The position numbers were made by a program, and so were the translations under genes. 64,000 nt of DNA from assembly GCF_009914755.1 (NCBI RefSeq), contig NC_060931.1; one strand, 5' to 3'. The notes beneath the pieces were generated by a model, which made no database searches, had not been told where the DNA came from, and saw only the letters and a list, made by a program, of their open reading frames with translations. This document shows, one piece after another, positions 1-15,066 of the stretch. The DNA is from the human T2T-CHM13v2.0 reference genome, Homo sapiens. Position 1 is the first letter of the stretch. Each line of letters opens with the position of its first letter.

Positions 1-1384
<1,384 letters not shown>

Positions 1385-1877
1385 TAATGTTTTTTCAACA
1401 TATTTCAGTTAAACGTGGCTTACCTTTATAAACAGCATATTTATTTCAAGCTATAATTATGTTTTATAATCTGTAAATTTTTAGAAATTTTAAGTCTAGC
1501 GATGAAGCTTTCATATGAGAAAGTGCACATTTTATATATGTTTAAAATATTAATTTTTCATTAAAGTGTGTAATAACACATGAATAGAAAGCATAAATTA
1601 AGTCGTAAATTTAGACAAATATTTTGAATCATTAACTTTTTTTTTTTTTTGCTTATCTCTGAGTCTGTTAAGAGTACTTTGTTCTTACACAATAAGAATT
1701 GAATACTTTTTGGAAGAAGTGAGATGCTTTTTCTTTTCATTTTCTCCTTTTTTCTTTGAGTGTGAGTTGATTTTTTTTTTTTATAAGGTAGTTAGTTGTT
1801 CATGCTGCTAGTGACTTTACCATCATACTGAAATGTTTTGACCTTGGTAGAAAATGTCCTGTTCTTTATTTACTTAG

Positions 1878-2077
1878 GTCCATGCCTGAGAGATGTAGTT
1901 ATAAGGAAGCAAAAAGTTCAAGACTGTATCTACAGCCATGCTCACCATATCAAATACTTATGTTCTCAACTAACATTAAGCTTGGTATCCAGGAGCTCCT
2001 CTGGCTGGCATTGGAGGAGTCACAGCTTTGTGGTCATGTCAGGGAAGGGGAGGGATCTTATTTGTAGGCAGAATCAG
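1878..2077 (+). pseudogene. Candidate first coding exon (ATG 1882)
   Basis: Acceptor ttctttatttacttag| and donor CAG|GTATGA. Reads MPERCSYKEAK...GHVREGEGSYL*AES and ends in phase 1, matching the next exon. Confidence 0.5.
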
Positions 2078-2692
2078 GTATGATGTCTTGTTCACCTACT
2101 AAATGCAGGAACCTGGGACAAAATGAAATAATTTTCAATGACTGGGAACAGACCGAATTGCTCAGTCTTGGCTTACCTGTGAATGTTAGGACTAAGGGCA
2201 ATAGACTCAAGGGGTCATATTCAGAACACACAAATAGCAGGTTTTCAGGTGCCCCGGAACAACACTCCTCCCCTGCTTTTGGTCCGTCAAATGCACTTCT
2301 TGTGTAGATCAGATATCCTACCCCTAAGGTTAGGCACATGACTCGAACCAAGTCCCCAAGAGGCTTTCTCTGAGATTTAAAGAAAAAGGCTTGAAGTTTA
2401 CCATGTTTTAAAGGAATATTTTATTTGCATATAATCTAAAACTTATAGAAAATGGCAAGAACCTTATAAAGAACTCCTGTGTACAGTTTATTATGATTCA
2501 CCAGTTGTTAACATTTTCCCCAACTGTTTTGTTATTCATTTTTTTATCTCTTTATCCTGTACTCCTAAACCATTTCAGAGTGTGTATGGTGTTTGTTAGC
2601 CCCCAATATTGATAATGCTAACATAATTATTTATTTAGGGTATTGTTTAACAGGTCTCTCCACTGTAAAATTAATGTTTTCTCTTTGGTGAT

Positions 2693-3155
2693 TGACAAAG
2701 ATTCTCTCCATGACCAAACTTTCATCAGGCTTCTCTGAACTCTGTTCTTCTCAACTAGGTCCTGACTTGTGGGCTTCTGTGTTCATCTTTGCATTGTCCA
2801 TTTTTAGCAAAAGTTCTGCTATGTCAGTTTAACCAGAATCCCTCACTCTCGCTATCTGATTACCTTTGCTATCTGACCAAATTCCTTAACCCCCACTATC
2901 TCTCAGGCAATATCTGATCACCTTGGCCTGCCTTCAGAATTCTGTTAGGTCATTTCAGCAAAGAATTATCCCACTCTCTTAATTTTTCCCTCCACTGGCC
3001 CCTCTACCAACCTGGCTTCTTGTCTATAAATTCCTATATTTCCTTATTGTTTTTGGAATTAAGGCCAATCTCTCTTCCCTACTGCAAAACCCCATTGCGG
3101 TAGTTTCTTCTTGAATAAAGTCTTCCTTATTGTTTTTAACAAGTGTCTGAGTAAT
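2693..3155 (+). mobile_element. MER31-type ERV1 solo LTR
   Basis: Starts TGACAAAGATTCTCT...TGACCAAACTTT and has AATAAA near 3114. Confidence 0.75.
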
Positions 3156-3403
3156 CCTATATCCTGCATCATTACATAACTAATATGTTTTTCTGCATCA
3201 GTGTAGATTCTATTTCATTCACTGGATTATAACCTGTTACTATCATTATTTTGATACTCAAATAGTACTTAGTGTAGAGTTCTTATATATACTTTTAATA
3301 TTTAAATCTAAATATTTTTGAAATTGTAGTAAATTGAATTTTAAAATTTATGTGTCCAATTATTTGCTTCTAGAATCAGAAATAAACTTCAGCATATTGA
3401 TTT

Positions 3404-4415
3404 TGCATTAGTTATCTATTGCTGCATAACCAATTTTATTCAAATTTAGCCCCTTAAAACAACACATTTACTCCACCTTTTCTATATGGGGATTCACGTG
3501 AAGCCTAGCTAGATACCTGGACTCAGGGTCTTTCATACAGCTGCAATCAAGGCGTTGGCCAAGGCTGCAGTCATCTTATGATTGGATGGTGGGGCCAGGG
3601 TGTCCACTTTTAGGTCCACTTACATGGCTGTAGACTGGCCACAGGTCCTTGCTGGTTATTGGTTGCTGGCATCAATTCCTTGCTATGGGCCTTCCCACAG
3701 GATAGCTCACAATAGAACCGAGGGCTTCCCTTAGAATAAGCAAGTGATGCAATGTGAGAGGGAACCCTGGTGAAAGCCAGAGTTTCTTTGTAACCCAATC
3801 TCAAAAATAAAAAGTCATTATTTTAGCCACTTGTGGTAGGCACAATAACACAAGCCTTGTTCCCATGCCAAAAGAAATCCACATCCTAATCCCTGGAACC
3901 TGTAAATATGTTATCTTATGTAGCAAAGGGGATTTTGTAGTTGTGATTAAGTTAAGAACCTTAAGAGGATTATCTGGGTGTTCCCCAGTAATCAGAGATG
4001 GAGAGGTGCCCCAACAGAAGAGTCAGAGAGAAATTTGATACACTGATGACTTTGAAGATGCAGGAAGGGATCACAAGTCAGGGAATGCAGACATCCTCTA
4101 GAGGCTGGAAAAGGCAAGGGAAGTGATTCTGCCTGGAGCCTCCAGACAGAAGGAATGCAGCCCGCTAACACCTTGATTTTTGCACATTGAAATGCCTTTT
4201 GGACTTTTAAATTTCAGAGCTCTATGAAAATAAATTTGGGTTGTTCAAAGCTACTAAATTTGTGGTAATTTATTACTACGGGTATTAGGAATTTAATACA
4301 TGGTCATTTTATTTTAGAAATAATTCACTAATACAGCCACACTCAAAGGGAAGAGATTACACAAAGGCCTGAGTGCCAGGGTGTGGGGTGGCCATGATAA
4401 AGACTGCCTACCACA
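3404..4415 (-). mobile_element. MLT1F-like MaLR LTR, split by MLT1D
   Basis: Runs tgcattagttatctattgctgcataac ... ctgcctaccaca, in pieces 3404-3831 and 4301-4415. Confidence 0.75.
3832..4300 (+). mobile_element. MLT1D MaLR LTR
   Basis: TGTGGTAGGC...cctaatccctggaacctgtaaatatgtt...taaatttgtggtaattt...AATACA. Confidence 0.85.
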
Positions 4416-6779
4416 TAATTTGAATACTGCAAGCTTATAATTTATTAATTCTAGTAGTTGTTTTGTAAATTTATTATTTTCCACAAAAAATGTTATGTAA
4501 ATTATGCCTACATGATTTTGCCTTTAAGAAAACATGAAGTAAAAGGAAATATCTGGTCTTCGATATAGATAGTTATACCATGCTCTTTCAAATATTGCAC
4601 CAGGAAGGGTGTCCAAAATATGTTGAATAGCAATGATGCCAGTGGATACTCTTGTCTTGTTCCTATTCTTACAAGGAAAGTATAGAATATTTTCCAATTT
4701 AGTATGATGTTAGGTATTAATTTTTGTTGTTATTTTAACTTAGATGCCCAATATCAGATTTAGGATTTTTTAGTTCTCTATTTATAGTTTGCTAAGAGTT
4801 TTTAGCATGAATGGGTGTTGAATTCAATAATTTTTTTGGCATTCATTGAAATGATCATATGATTTTTTTCTTTGTTCTGTTAATATGTGCAATTTTGTTG
4901 TTTAATTTTCAAATATTAAACTAATGTTGCATTTCTGGAGTAAATCAACTTAATCGTGATGTATTACTTTTATTATATGTTCCTGAATTCAAGTGAAGTT
5001 ATTTTGATGAAAATTCTAGCTTCTCTTTTTCAATGATGTTCTTTTTTTGTTATGTGTTTGACCGGTTTTCATATCATGGTTATGTTGCCTTATAAAATTA
5101 GATGGGAAATGTTCCTTTCTTATTTTTTTCCTCCAAGAGTACGTCTACAATTGGTATTATTTCTTCCTTAAATCTCTGATAGAATTCACTAGTGAAATTT
5201 TGTAGACTTTGAATTGCTTCCTGGGAAGAATTTTAACTGAAAAATAAATTTCTTTAACCAAGATAGTGACATTTTGATTTTGTTTTATTCTTCCTGTATC
5301 AGTTTTAATCAGTTATTTTTTTTTCCCAAGAAATCTAGCCATTGCAACTACACTAATGGCAGCAAGTTTATAATATTCCCATATTTTCCTTTTGATATCT
5401 ATTAGATCTTTGTAGATAGCTCACTTTCTATTCCTAATATTTGTAATTGTGTGTTTGCTTCTTTTAATTGATCAGTCCTGTTAGAGGTTAATACATTTTA
5501 TTTTTCTCCCAAATTACCCATTTTTGGTATTTTTTTCTATGGTAATTTGCCTGATGTCTATTTCATGGAAATATTTTATATCTATTTGTATTTCATTTTT
5601 GTTTTTATCTTGATTATTTCTTTCTTCTACTTTTTTGGGATTAATTCGTTCAGTTTTTTTCTAGCTTCTTAATGCAGAAGCTTAGTTCTATATATTACAC
5701 CTTTCTTTTTTAATATAAGCATTTAAAGTTATGCAATTCCCTGTATTCACAACTTTTCCTGCGCTACATACATTTAGATATATTGTATTTTTATTATTTA
5801 GTTCAAAATATTTTCTAATTTTTGCTGTAGTTTGTTCTTTGATCCAAGTGTTATTTAGAAGTGTTTGGTATGGACATTTTGAGATTTTCCTGGATATCTT
5901 ATTGCTACTGAATCTAATTTAATAGCATTATTTGATAATTATAAAAATTTACTTTCTGGCTGAGCATATAGTCTGTGAATATTCCATGTGCACTTAAAAT
6001 TGACGTGTATTGTTCAGTTGTTGCTATGTTCTATAATTTGCAGTTAGTCAAGTTGGTTCATGGTGTTGTTTAGATCTTTTATATTGTATTTTTACTGGCT
6101 CTCTAATTGTTCTATTTAGATACAGTCAGGGGAATCACCAAATATGAATGTATCATATTCCTTTAGATCTAATTTTGGCACTTTTGAATAAAATTTACAA
6201 AATTATTATATTGCAAAATAATGACTTTTTTAAAAGTTCTTTTGTTCTATAGGGAAGATCTCTCACTCTCTCACAGCCTCTCCCCCTTTCCTAAAACTAT
6301 CTCTCTGGCCATATTGATCCTTTTAATTTTCTTAGTCAATGTGTTATATGCCATTATCAGTATTTTCTGATGTTTTATTTGCTCTAAATTTCAAGAGTGA
6401 AAGTCTTTTGAGGTAATCTCCTGCGTCTTTTCAATGTGCCCCCTTTGTATCTGAACACATCTTTGCTTTCTAATACAGCAAACTGTGTCAGGCTTACTTT
6501 TTATTTTCCCAGTGCCAAACCGATTATCTTTTAGTTGGAAGTGATATTTAAAAACCAAAATCTAGGCATTATATTATGTATACTAATTGTTTAGATGATA
6601 TTTCTTCTAAGCCTTTCAACTAAATAGTTTGGAAGTATATTTCTTAGCAATCATTAGTCCATACTGATACCTCTTACTGGAATTCAACAACACAGGGTTC
6701 ACCTTCACACTTTCCCATTCCATATTCCTGTTTTCCTTTTCTCAGTAAATACTAATATCCACACATCTAAAGCTTAAAC

Positions 6780-9490
6780 AGAAGAAATAAATGAAATACT
6801 AACCATAGTCTGAATAACACTAAAGAGGGAAGGAAAGGAAGAAAAGAGAACTGAAAACATGGCATAAATAGAAGACAAACAGCAACATATTAGAAATAGT
6901 TCAACCACATCTATATTTATTTTCAATTTAAATAAAGTAACACTGCAATTAGAAGTCAGAGGTTGTCAGAATGAGTAACAAAAGCATGATCAAGCTTTGT
7001 GCTATCTAAAGTAGATGCACATTAAATATAAAGACAAAATAGATTGAAAGTAGTAGGATGACAAATTATATGCCAATGTTAAGAATAAACATAATAAAGC
7101 TGATGCATGTATAGTCATGTCAGATGGAATAGACTTTCAAACAATGAATATTGTTAGGGATAAAAAATATTTCATTATGATAAAAGGATCATTTTATGAA
7201 GAAGACAGAATGCAAATGTACTTAATAACAGGATTTCAAGGCCGGGCGTGGTGGCTCACGCCTGTAATCCCAGCACTTTGGGAGGCCGAGGCGGGAGGAT
7301 CACGAGGTCAAGAGATCGAGACCATCCTGGCTAACACGGTGAAACCCCGTCTCTACTAAAAATACAAAAATTAGCCAGGAGTGGTGGCAGGTGCCTGTAG
7401 TCCCAGCTACTCAGGAGGTTGAGGCAGGAGAATGGCGTGAAGCCGGGAGGCGGAGCTTGCAGTGAGCTGAGATCGCACCACCGCACTCCAGCATGGGTGA
7501 CAGAGCGATACTCTGTCTCAAAAAAAAACAGGACTTCAAAATACATGAAGCAAAAACTGGCAGAACCAATGGGAGAAATAGAGTGATCATAATAATTGAA
7601 GATTTTTAACACTTCTCTCTCAGTAATTGATAAAACAAATAGGCAAAAAGATTAGTAAGTATATAAAAAATATGACCAATGATAACAGCCAACTTGGCTT
7701 AATTAATATTTAGAGAAATTATAGCCAACAACTGAACAAGAAATGCTCACCAAACAGATCAATGCTGTTTAAGAGGCATTTAATTTGCCATTAAATAGAT
7801 CACAATATTTTTAAAAAGATTAAAATCATTCAGGGTATGTTGCCTTGCTATAATCCAATTAAATTATATAATCAGTACAAATAAGATATGTATAACTCTC
7901 ATAATATTTGAGGGAAAAAATGACACAATTCTAAACCATCAATGGACTAATGTCAATATTAAAAAAGAAAATGGAAAACACTGAGAACTGAGTAATAGCA
8001 AAAATGCAATCTATCACTCTTTTTCTCTTATATTATTTATATTACATTTAAAAAAGAAAAATTTAAAATAAACAAACTAAGCAGACAAAATAAGAAAAAT
8101 AAAGAAAAAATAATAACAAAAGAGAAAGTAAATAGGAAGTGAACAAATAATAGAAAAAAGTCAAAATTGTTTCTTTGAATAGGTTAACATAATTGGTAAA
8201 CTTTAATAAGACTAAAATAAAATACAAATTACCAATATTAGTAATGAAATAGGGATATCTACAGAGTGTATGTACATTTAAAAGAGAAATATTATAAACA
8301 ACTATAAATTTTACAGCTTGTGTGAAATGAACAAATCTTTAACAATCACGCATACTAAAACTAATCAAGAAGTACAAAAATTTTAACCACCATATGTTAA
8401 TTAGAATCATTAATTTTGTACTTTAAAGTTTTCATGCAAATAATTCTGGGTCATTGGCATATTCTAACAAATATTTGATGAATGTAATACAAATATTCCA
8501 ATATTTAATACAAGGGAAGCAATAACAGTATTGCACAAATTCTTTCAGAAAATAGAAGAGGACAGATATCTTCCTCAATTGTTTTATACATCGAGGATGT
8601 CAGTGATATCCAAACCTGGTAACAATGCCATTGCAAAAAAAGAAATGTGTAGAACAATATGCCTCACAAACACAGCCACAACATTTGTTAACTAAACATG
8701 GCAAGTAAATATAGAAATATATAACAAAATATAGCAAAATTATACTATGACCCAGGTAGGTTTTAATTTAAGGGTTTAAGATTAGTTTGTTATTAACAAA
8801 TCAATCTAATGGAATACTACTACGTAATAAAATGGAACAAACCATTGCTGTTTACAACAGCATGGATAAATCACAAACGCATTAGGCTAGATTAAAAAAC
8901 CCAATATTAAAATGTTACATATTGTATAATTCCATTTATTTGACATTTTAGAAAAGGTGATATATGAGAAGACAGAACAGATTAGTCATTGCCAGAAGTT
9001 AGGCTGGGAGGAGGTTCAGAATAAAATGCAATAAATGAGATAATTATTTGAGCTGTAGAATATTTTGTGTATCTTCTCTCTAGTTCTGGTAATGATAATC
9101 CATACAGATGTAAAAATTCATAGAAGTTTACAATAAAAAGTGACTTTTGCTCTATGTAAATTCAAAATATTAAAATCCAAAGAGTCAATGTAATGTTCTT
9201 AAATAGAGTAAAGCAGAAAAGCAATCATCTTTTAAAAATTCAGACTATCCATTTGACAAAAGACAACACTCCTTATGATAAAATATCCAAGACCCTTTGG
9301 AGTAGAAGAAAACTTTCTCACTCTGTTAAAGCATTTCTGCAGCAAACCTGCAGTTAATATCATACTGATGACACAGTGAACACCTTCCCTCCAGGATCAA
9401 GAATGAGCAAGTGAGTAAACACATTGTCACTACCTCTACTCATTATCACACTGGGCAGCAAGGCTAAAAGAAAACCCTCAAATCCAGAAA
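6780..9490 (+). mobile_element. Old L1M ORF2 (EN to RT), with an L1 3'-end fragment inserted at ~8805-9175
   Basis: Degenerate EN motifs (MSDGIDFQTMNIVRDKKYFIMIKGS) in A-rich L1 sequence. Confidence 0.75.
7240..7526 (+). mobile_element. AluY
   Basis: GAGATCGAGACCATCCTGGCTAACACGG diagnostics. TSD aacaggatttcaa / aacaggacttcaa. Confidence 0.95.
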
Positions 9491-9599
9491 GGAGGTGTTA
9501 TCGGAAAGCAAAGAATACTTTCAGCCATCTAAAAACCTGAAAGCCAGGCTGTGAAGCAGGGGAAGTACTGAAAGCTCTGTTCTGAAAGCTAGCAACTTA

Positions 9600-9839
9600 C
9601 AGGTGATCCTTAACGCAGATTTGAACTGTGTGGGTCTAATTACATGCAGGTTGTTTTCAACCAAATGTTGTTGGGGTGTGTATTATAGGATGTTCTGGAA
9701 TGTGAAACCTGCATATATGGAGTGCTGACTTTTCATATGTGTCAGTTCTGCAGGGTTGCCTGTAGGTTTGAGTGTGTACAAATTTTGGTTTATGCAGAGG
9801 GCCTGGAACCAATCTCTTGTGTGTACTGAGGGATCACTT
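9600..9839 (-). mobile_element. MER8 (TcMar-Tigger MITE)
   Basis: About 240 bp, including tttgaactgtgtgggtc...ctggaaccaatc...actgaggga. Confidence 0.75.
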
Positions 9840-10079
9840 ACAAACTTCACATCACAGGCCTTAATGCCAGGAATAGATTCATGTTACCCTCAAAATGGTT
9901 AAAACCAGAAGTAAACTCAATCAAACTAAATTTGCCATGTGCCAAAACTGTTTGACTATAGATTTGATTGACTCAGCCCACAATCTGGTAACCTAGGAGA
10001 AGAAGGTGCTAATTCCTGAAGAGAGATATTAATGATATCACTGTCTATTGTGTTATACAAAATCTCTATGATATAAATA

Positions 10080-13000
10080 ATAATAATACTAAAGACATAA
10101 AGAAGCAAGAAAACGTGACCTATGGCCAAGACATAAAACAGTCAGTAGAACAGACCTAGAGATAGCCCATATGTTAGAATTGTAAGAAAGACACATTAAA
10201 CAATTATGATAAAATGGTAAAGTTCGTAGTGAAAATGGTAGCCAAGTGAGAAAGAAATGGTGAATTTTAGCACAGACGTAGATGCTAGTAATATACAATT
10301 AAAATACTAGAAGTGAAAAATATCAAAAATAAAGACTTTTCTCATGGGCTTAATAACAGACTGAATATTGCAGAGAAAGAGATTAAAAAAATTGAAGACA
10401 ATTCAATAGAAAGTATCAAAACTGAAAAACAGAAGACAAAGTTAAATGAAAACAAAACAAAATATCTGAGACCTATGCAACAATATTGCATGGTCAAACA
10501 CAGGGTTTCTAAACCTTGGCACTATTGACATTTTGGGTCAGATAATTATTTGTTGTTGGGGATATCCTGTGCATTGTAAGATGGCTGGCAGCATCCCTAA
10601 CCTCTATCCACTAGATGCTAGTAGCAATCTGCCTTCTAGTCTTGACAACTAAATATGTGTCTAGACATTGTTAAATGTCTCTTGGGGGACAAAATTGCAC
10701 CTGGTTGATATCCTCTGGTGTAAAATAAATCCCAAAAGGGATGAGGAGAGAAGAGAGAAAATGGATGGATCAAAGGAAATATTTGAAAAACTACTAGATG
10801 AGAACTTTCCAAAATTGATGAAAGACCTCAACCTGTATTTCCAAAGAGGTAAGTAAAAATTTAAAAGCAGAATAAATAAATCAAAATCCCCACATTGGCA
10901 TATTATAGTCAATGACACAGAGCAGATATAAACCCATATAGAAAGACATATTATACACAAGGTAACATGAATGTAACTACTGCTCATGCAGCAGAAACAA
11001 CAGAGATGAGAAAGAAATAGGACAAAATTTTTTAATTGCTGAAAGAAAAAAATCATACCAACCTAGAATTCTTTTCCTAGACAAATATCCTTCAATATGA
11101 CGGTGAATAAAAATATTTAAGAGCGTCAAAACTTGCGAGAGCAGGCTTGCACTACAATGCATGCTAAAAGAAGATACTCAGGATGAAGGGAAAGGGTGCC
11201 AGATAGAAGCATAAAATGAATTTGCAAGAAGGAATTAAAAAACACTCTAAATTATTAAGAGATGCAGTATAATCCACACCAAATTCAAGTGGGCTCTTTT
11301 GAAAAAAATAGTTAAGCTATTTCTAAAATTAAAAAAAAAAATACAATCTAGAACAACCACAACAATGTTGACAAAGAATAAACTTGGAGGATTTCACTAC
11401 CTGATTTCAACATTTACTACAAAGCTATAGTAATCAAAAGACCGTGATATGGGTGCAATGGAGACACAAATACATCAGACAAACCAAATAGTCCAGAAAT
11501 TGACCCCCACACAAATGAGCAGTTGGTTTTTTAACGAGCCACCAAGGCCACTTGTTGGGAAACTTTAACAAATAAATGGTGCTGAAACAGCTGGTTGTAT
11601 GTATGAAAAAATTAGATCTTAAAACCTATCTTACTCTGTCCAAAAAAATTAATTTGAGATTAATCATGGACATGAAATAAAACCTAGAACAATAAAGTAT
11701 TTAAAAGAAAAAAAACCACAGCGAATATCTTCAAGACTTTGGGGTAGGAAATGTTTACTTGGTCAGAACATAAACTTATCATAAAAGAAAAACAGTGATA
11801 AAGTGGTCTTTTGTAAACATGATAATTTCTGATTAAAACAAAACTCTAATAGAAAGCTATAGTCTGGGAAAAATACATTTATAACACATATATTTAAGAA
11901 AGACTTTAAGACAGTATATGGAGACCTACTAATAACAATAAAAAGATTAACAACCCAATTTAAAAATTGACAATCTAAACAGCCATGTTATAAAAATATA
12001 TAAGAGTAGTCAATAAGCAAATGAAAACTCAAAACTGCACTGATATACTGTTCCACAAGAGTGGGTAAAATTGAAAAGACTGACAACACTAAATGTTTTC
12101 ATCAATTTGGAGAAATGGAGCTCTCCTACATTGGTGGTGACAGTGCAAAATGGCTCAACTAGTTTGGAAAATTGTTTGGCCATTTCTTATAACATTAAAT
12201 ATAATCTACCCAATGACCCTGCAATTTTACTCCTTGGTGTTGACCCAAGAGAAATGAAAACATGTCTACAAAAGAATTGCACAAGAAAGCTTATATTAGC
12301 TTTATTTATAATAGCTCACTAGTTGAAACAACTCAAAGTCCATTTACGAAAGAATGGATAAACTTACTGTGTTAAACAAAGTAACACTTGTCAGGATTAA
12401 ATGAAAAAATACATAGAGAACAACCTCTATATCTACTGATATAGGGAGCAACACTGATGAATTTCAACATGGATTAATCATGTGAAAGAAGTCAGGCACA
12501 AAATAGTATTTAAAATACCATTTGTATAAAGTCCAAGACCAGCAAATCTTGAAATTAATTGTGTTAGAAAGTTTTTGGTTTTGAGCGAGTGTGGATTTAG
12601 TGAAAGGAGAAGAAGGAAAATTTCTGTAAAGATGAAAATACTCTATATTTTAAGTGAATTAGTTCACACAGGCAGATGCATAGGCCAAAAGTCATCAAAA
12701 AATATATGAGACAGGTGCATTTTTTCATGTTAATTATACCTCAATATGGACAAACAACCCAATAAAACAAAATGGCAGAAGACTTGGCAGTTCACAAAAA
12801 AAGACACAAGAATGACAAGAAAGCACATGAAAGATGCTCAATATCATTACTCATCAGGTAAATGAAAATTAAAACCTGGAGTAGCTACCACTTTATGTTC
12901 ATTAGAATAGCAAAATTTAAATAGATTGATAAGAATGTGGAAGAAATGGAACTCTCATACATTGCTGGTAGAAGTGTAAAGTGCTAAAATCAGTTTAGAA

Positions 13001-13542
13001 AACTATTTGGTGGCTCCTTATAGTTAAACATAAATATCACCTTTGACATAGAAATCGTACTCCTAGGTATTTACTTAGGGGAGGAAACATGTCCACAGAA
13101 AAAATTCTTACCAAGAATGTTTATAACTGTTTTATTAGTAATATTCCCAAACTGAAAAAAAGTTCATCAGTGGAATACTATATTCCATTAATATAGCAAT
13201 GAAAAATGAATGAACTATACACACTGCAACATGGATGCATCTCAAAATTATTTTGATCAAAAAAACCCAGAAGCAAAAATACACATACTGCCTGAACCTA
13301 TTTATATGATTTCCTAGAGAGGCAAAACTGGTCTGTGGTTGTAGAGCTCAGAAGAGGTGGCCTGCAGAATGTAGAAATGGATTGGAAAGGGCCATGAAGG
13401 AAATTTCTGTGGTGATGTGGTGACAAGAATGTTTTGTACTTGATGGAGGTATAGTTAATCATTAATAATTTTATCAAAACATCGAATTTTATACTTAAGA
13501 TCTGTGTTTCACTGTCTATACATTTTACCTCAATAATAAAAA
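10080..13542 (+). mobile_element. Old L1M pieces: ORF1 (~10080-11240), ORF2/3' end (~11250-12750) and a second 3' end (~12755-13542)
   Basis: ORF1-like GLNNRLNIAEKEI and ENFPKLMKDLN, plus ORF2 C-terminal DPAILLLGVDPREMK. Confidence 0.75.
10501..10717 (+). mobile_element. MER20 (hAT-Charlie)
   Basis: cagggtttctaaaccttggcactattgacattttggg ... ggacaaaattgcacctggttga. Confidence 0.9.
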
Positions 13543-13599
13543 GGAGACTGAACATAGGGAATTAGGAATTCCCTAATTAGGGACTAGGAATTCAATTGA

Positions 13600-14310
13600 T
13601 AGGCTTGATGAATGGACTTTAGGGTGAGCTTACAGGAATGGTCTCCCAAGCATGACATAACTGCCCCACTAGGGTAGCTACTACTTCTGCCAAAATCAAA
13701 GACCACTATTAAATGTACAAGTTAAAGTTCAAGGACTATGAGGTGGCATAGTTGTAGCCTAACCAACAGGTTGGGAAACCAGCATCAGCAAGCCACTGAT
13801 GGAGCAACTGCACTATCAACTCACGTGAAGCTGATGCCTGGAGACTGGAATGCATAGTCTGGCTGCGGTCCCTCCGCAGTGAACTCTTGACCATCATAAA
13901 CTGGGGCTGAATACTGGAATATGACTGGAGAGAAAAACAAAATCCACATCTTTATGCTCTTGTTTTCCATAGCCAAAAAGCAACAAGAAGGTAGTCTGTG
14001 CCTCATTTTCACTTTCAAACTTGCAGAGATACAAATAATTGGTGAAACATATCTTGAAGGCAGAATTCTAGCTCTAAGAGAGTATGGGAAATACTGTTTT
14101 CATTTTTCAGTGTGTCTAGAGGAGGAAGGCCCAAAAGAAGGATGTTGCAACGGAGACCAAGCATTCATCAACCATATCCAACAAAGGTTGAAGTATCATT
14201 ATGATTTATATTTTGCAGATGCTGAGCCTTAGCAATGCTAAAATTAATTTCTTATTAGGGCTGGAAATTGAATGCTAAAATTTGTAACCACTAAGCTCTA
14301 CTCCGTAAGT
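13600..14310. mobile_element. Very old MaLR-like LTR remnant followed by a MIR core (~14190-14310)
   Basis: ctagctctaagagagtatgggaaatactgtttt motif; ttttgcagatgctgag MIR core. Confidence 0.4.
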
Positions 14311-14637
14311 CACACTCTGCTTTTCTCTGCATTATAATTACTCTACCCCAGTATTTTGTCTAGTCTGATCCAAGGTCTGTGATCCAGTGAATAATGACAT
14401 TGGAAGTTTAGTTTGGAATATTGAGAAAGTGAATTTGAGAAAACTCTCATCACCTGAGGTTTACTTTTTAAAAAATATCCAGACATTTTTAGCTAGTCAT
14501 TTTCAATTAAATGAAACATAATTATATGATTAGACTTAGATGAGCCACTGAGAAATTCACCAATCTAATTGAAACTAAAAATAATTGGAAAGCCTATCTA
14601 TGATGCCTCAAACTGTAGGAAATATTAACTTTATCAG

Positions 14638-14721
14638 TGACTCTGCACTGAAAATTATTCTGGGCCTGCAACTGCAAGGCTTACTATAGAGAATGGTGTT
14701 GCAGAATTTTGAGTCCATATG
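14638..14721 (+). pseudogene. Exon, start of DUF4062-like domain
   Basis: ttaactttatcag| ... G|GCAAAT (GC donor). 84 bp, phase 1-1. Reads TLH*KLFWACNCKAYYREWCCRILSPY. Confidence 0.5.
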
Positions 14722-14868
14722 GCAAATTAATAAAGGTCATCATTCTGGGTCCTTCAAAGTTATATTTCACATTTTACTTTGCAAATTACTTCAAAATTTA
14801 TTTTTCTGTCTTGGCATGAGATTAGTTTAGCCACCTAAAGGCTATCAACAGTGTCTTTTGACTGACAG

Positions 14869-15066
14869 TCTCTGCGTTGGGAGTTAAGTTTGAATTTGCA
14901 TTTCAAAGCATCAATTTGTAGGCAGCAGAAGCCAGAGACTTTTCTAGAGCCCATTCTACCTTGTTAAAGAGATAGTTCCTGGACACCAAAATGTTTGAGC
15001 TGTGCCTGTGGTCACAGCCAACTTTCACAGATCTTCATTTCCTTCTGACCTATCAGAGCCTGTTAG
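14869..15066 (+). pseudogene. Exon, DUF4062-like domain
   Basis: cttttgactgacag| ... TAG|GTAATG. 198 bp, phase 1-1. Reads SALGVKFEFAFQSINL*AAEARDF...LLKR*FLDTKMFELCLWSQPTFTDLHFLLTYQSLL. Confidence 0.6.

Larger units (their letters stand above)
2420..6750 (-). mobile_element. Fragmented old L1M (L1MC-like 3'UTR and ORF2 pieces) split by LTRs
   Basis: L1MC-type 3'UTR at ~2420-2690 and antisense ORF2-like sequence at ~4420-6160. Confidence 0.65.

Noticed and set aside
3832-4415. 11-bp inverted repeats TGTGGTAGGCA / TGCCTACCACA suggesting a DNA transposon
   Set aside because: These are the 5' ends of two oppositely oriented nested MLT1 LTRs.
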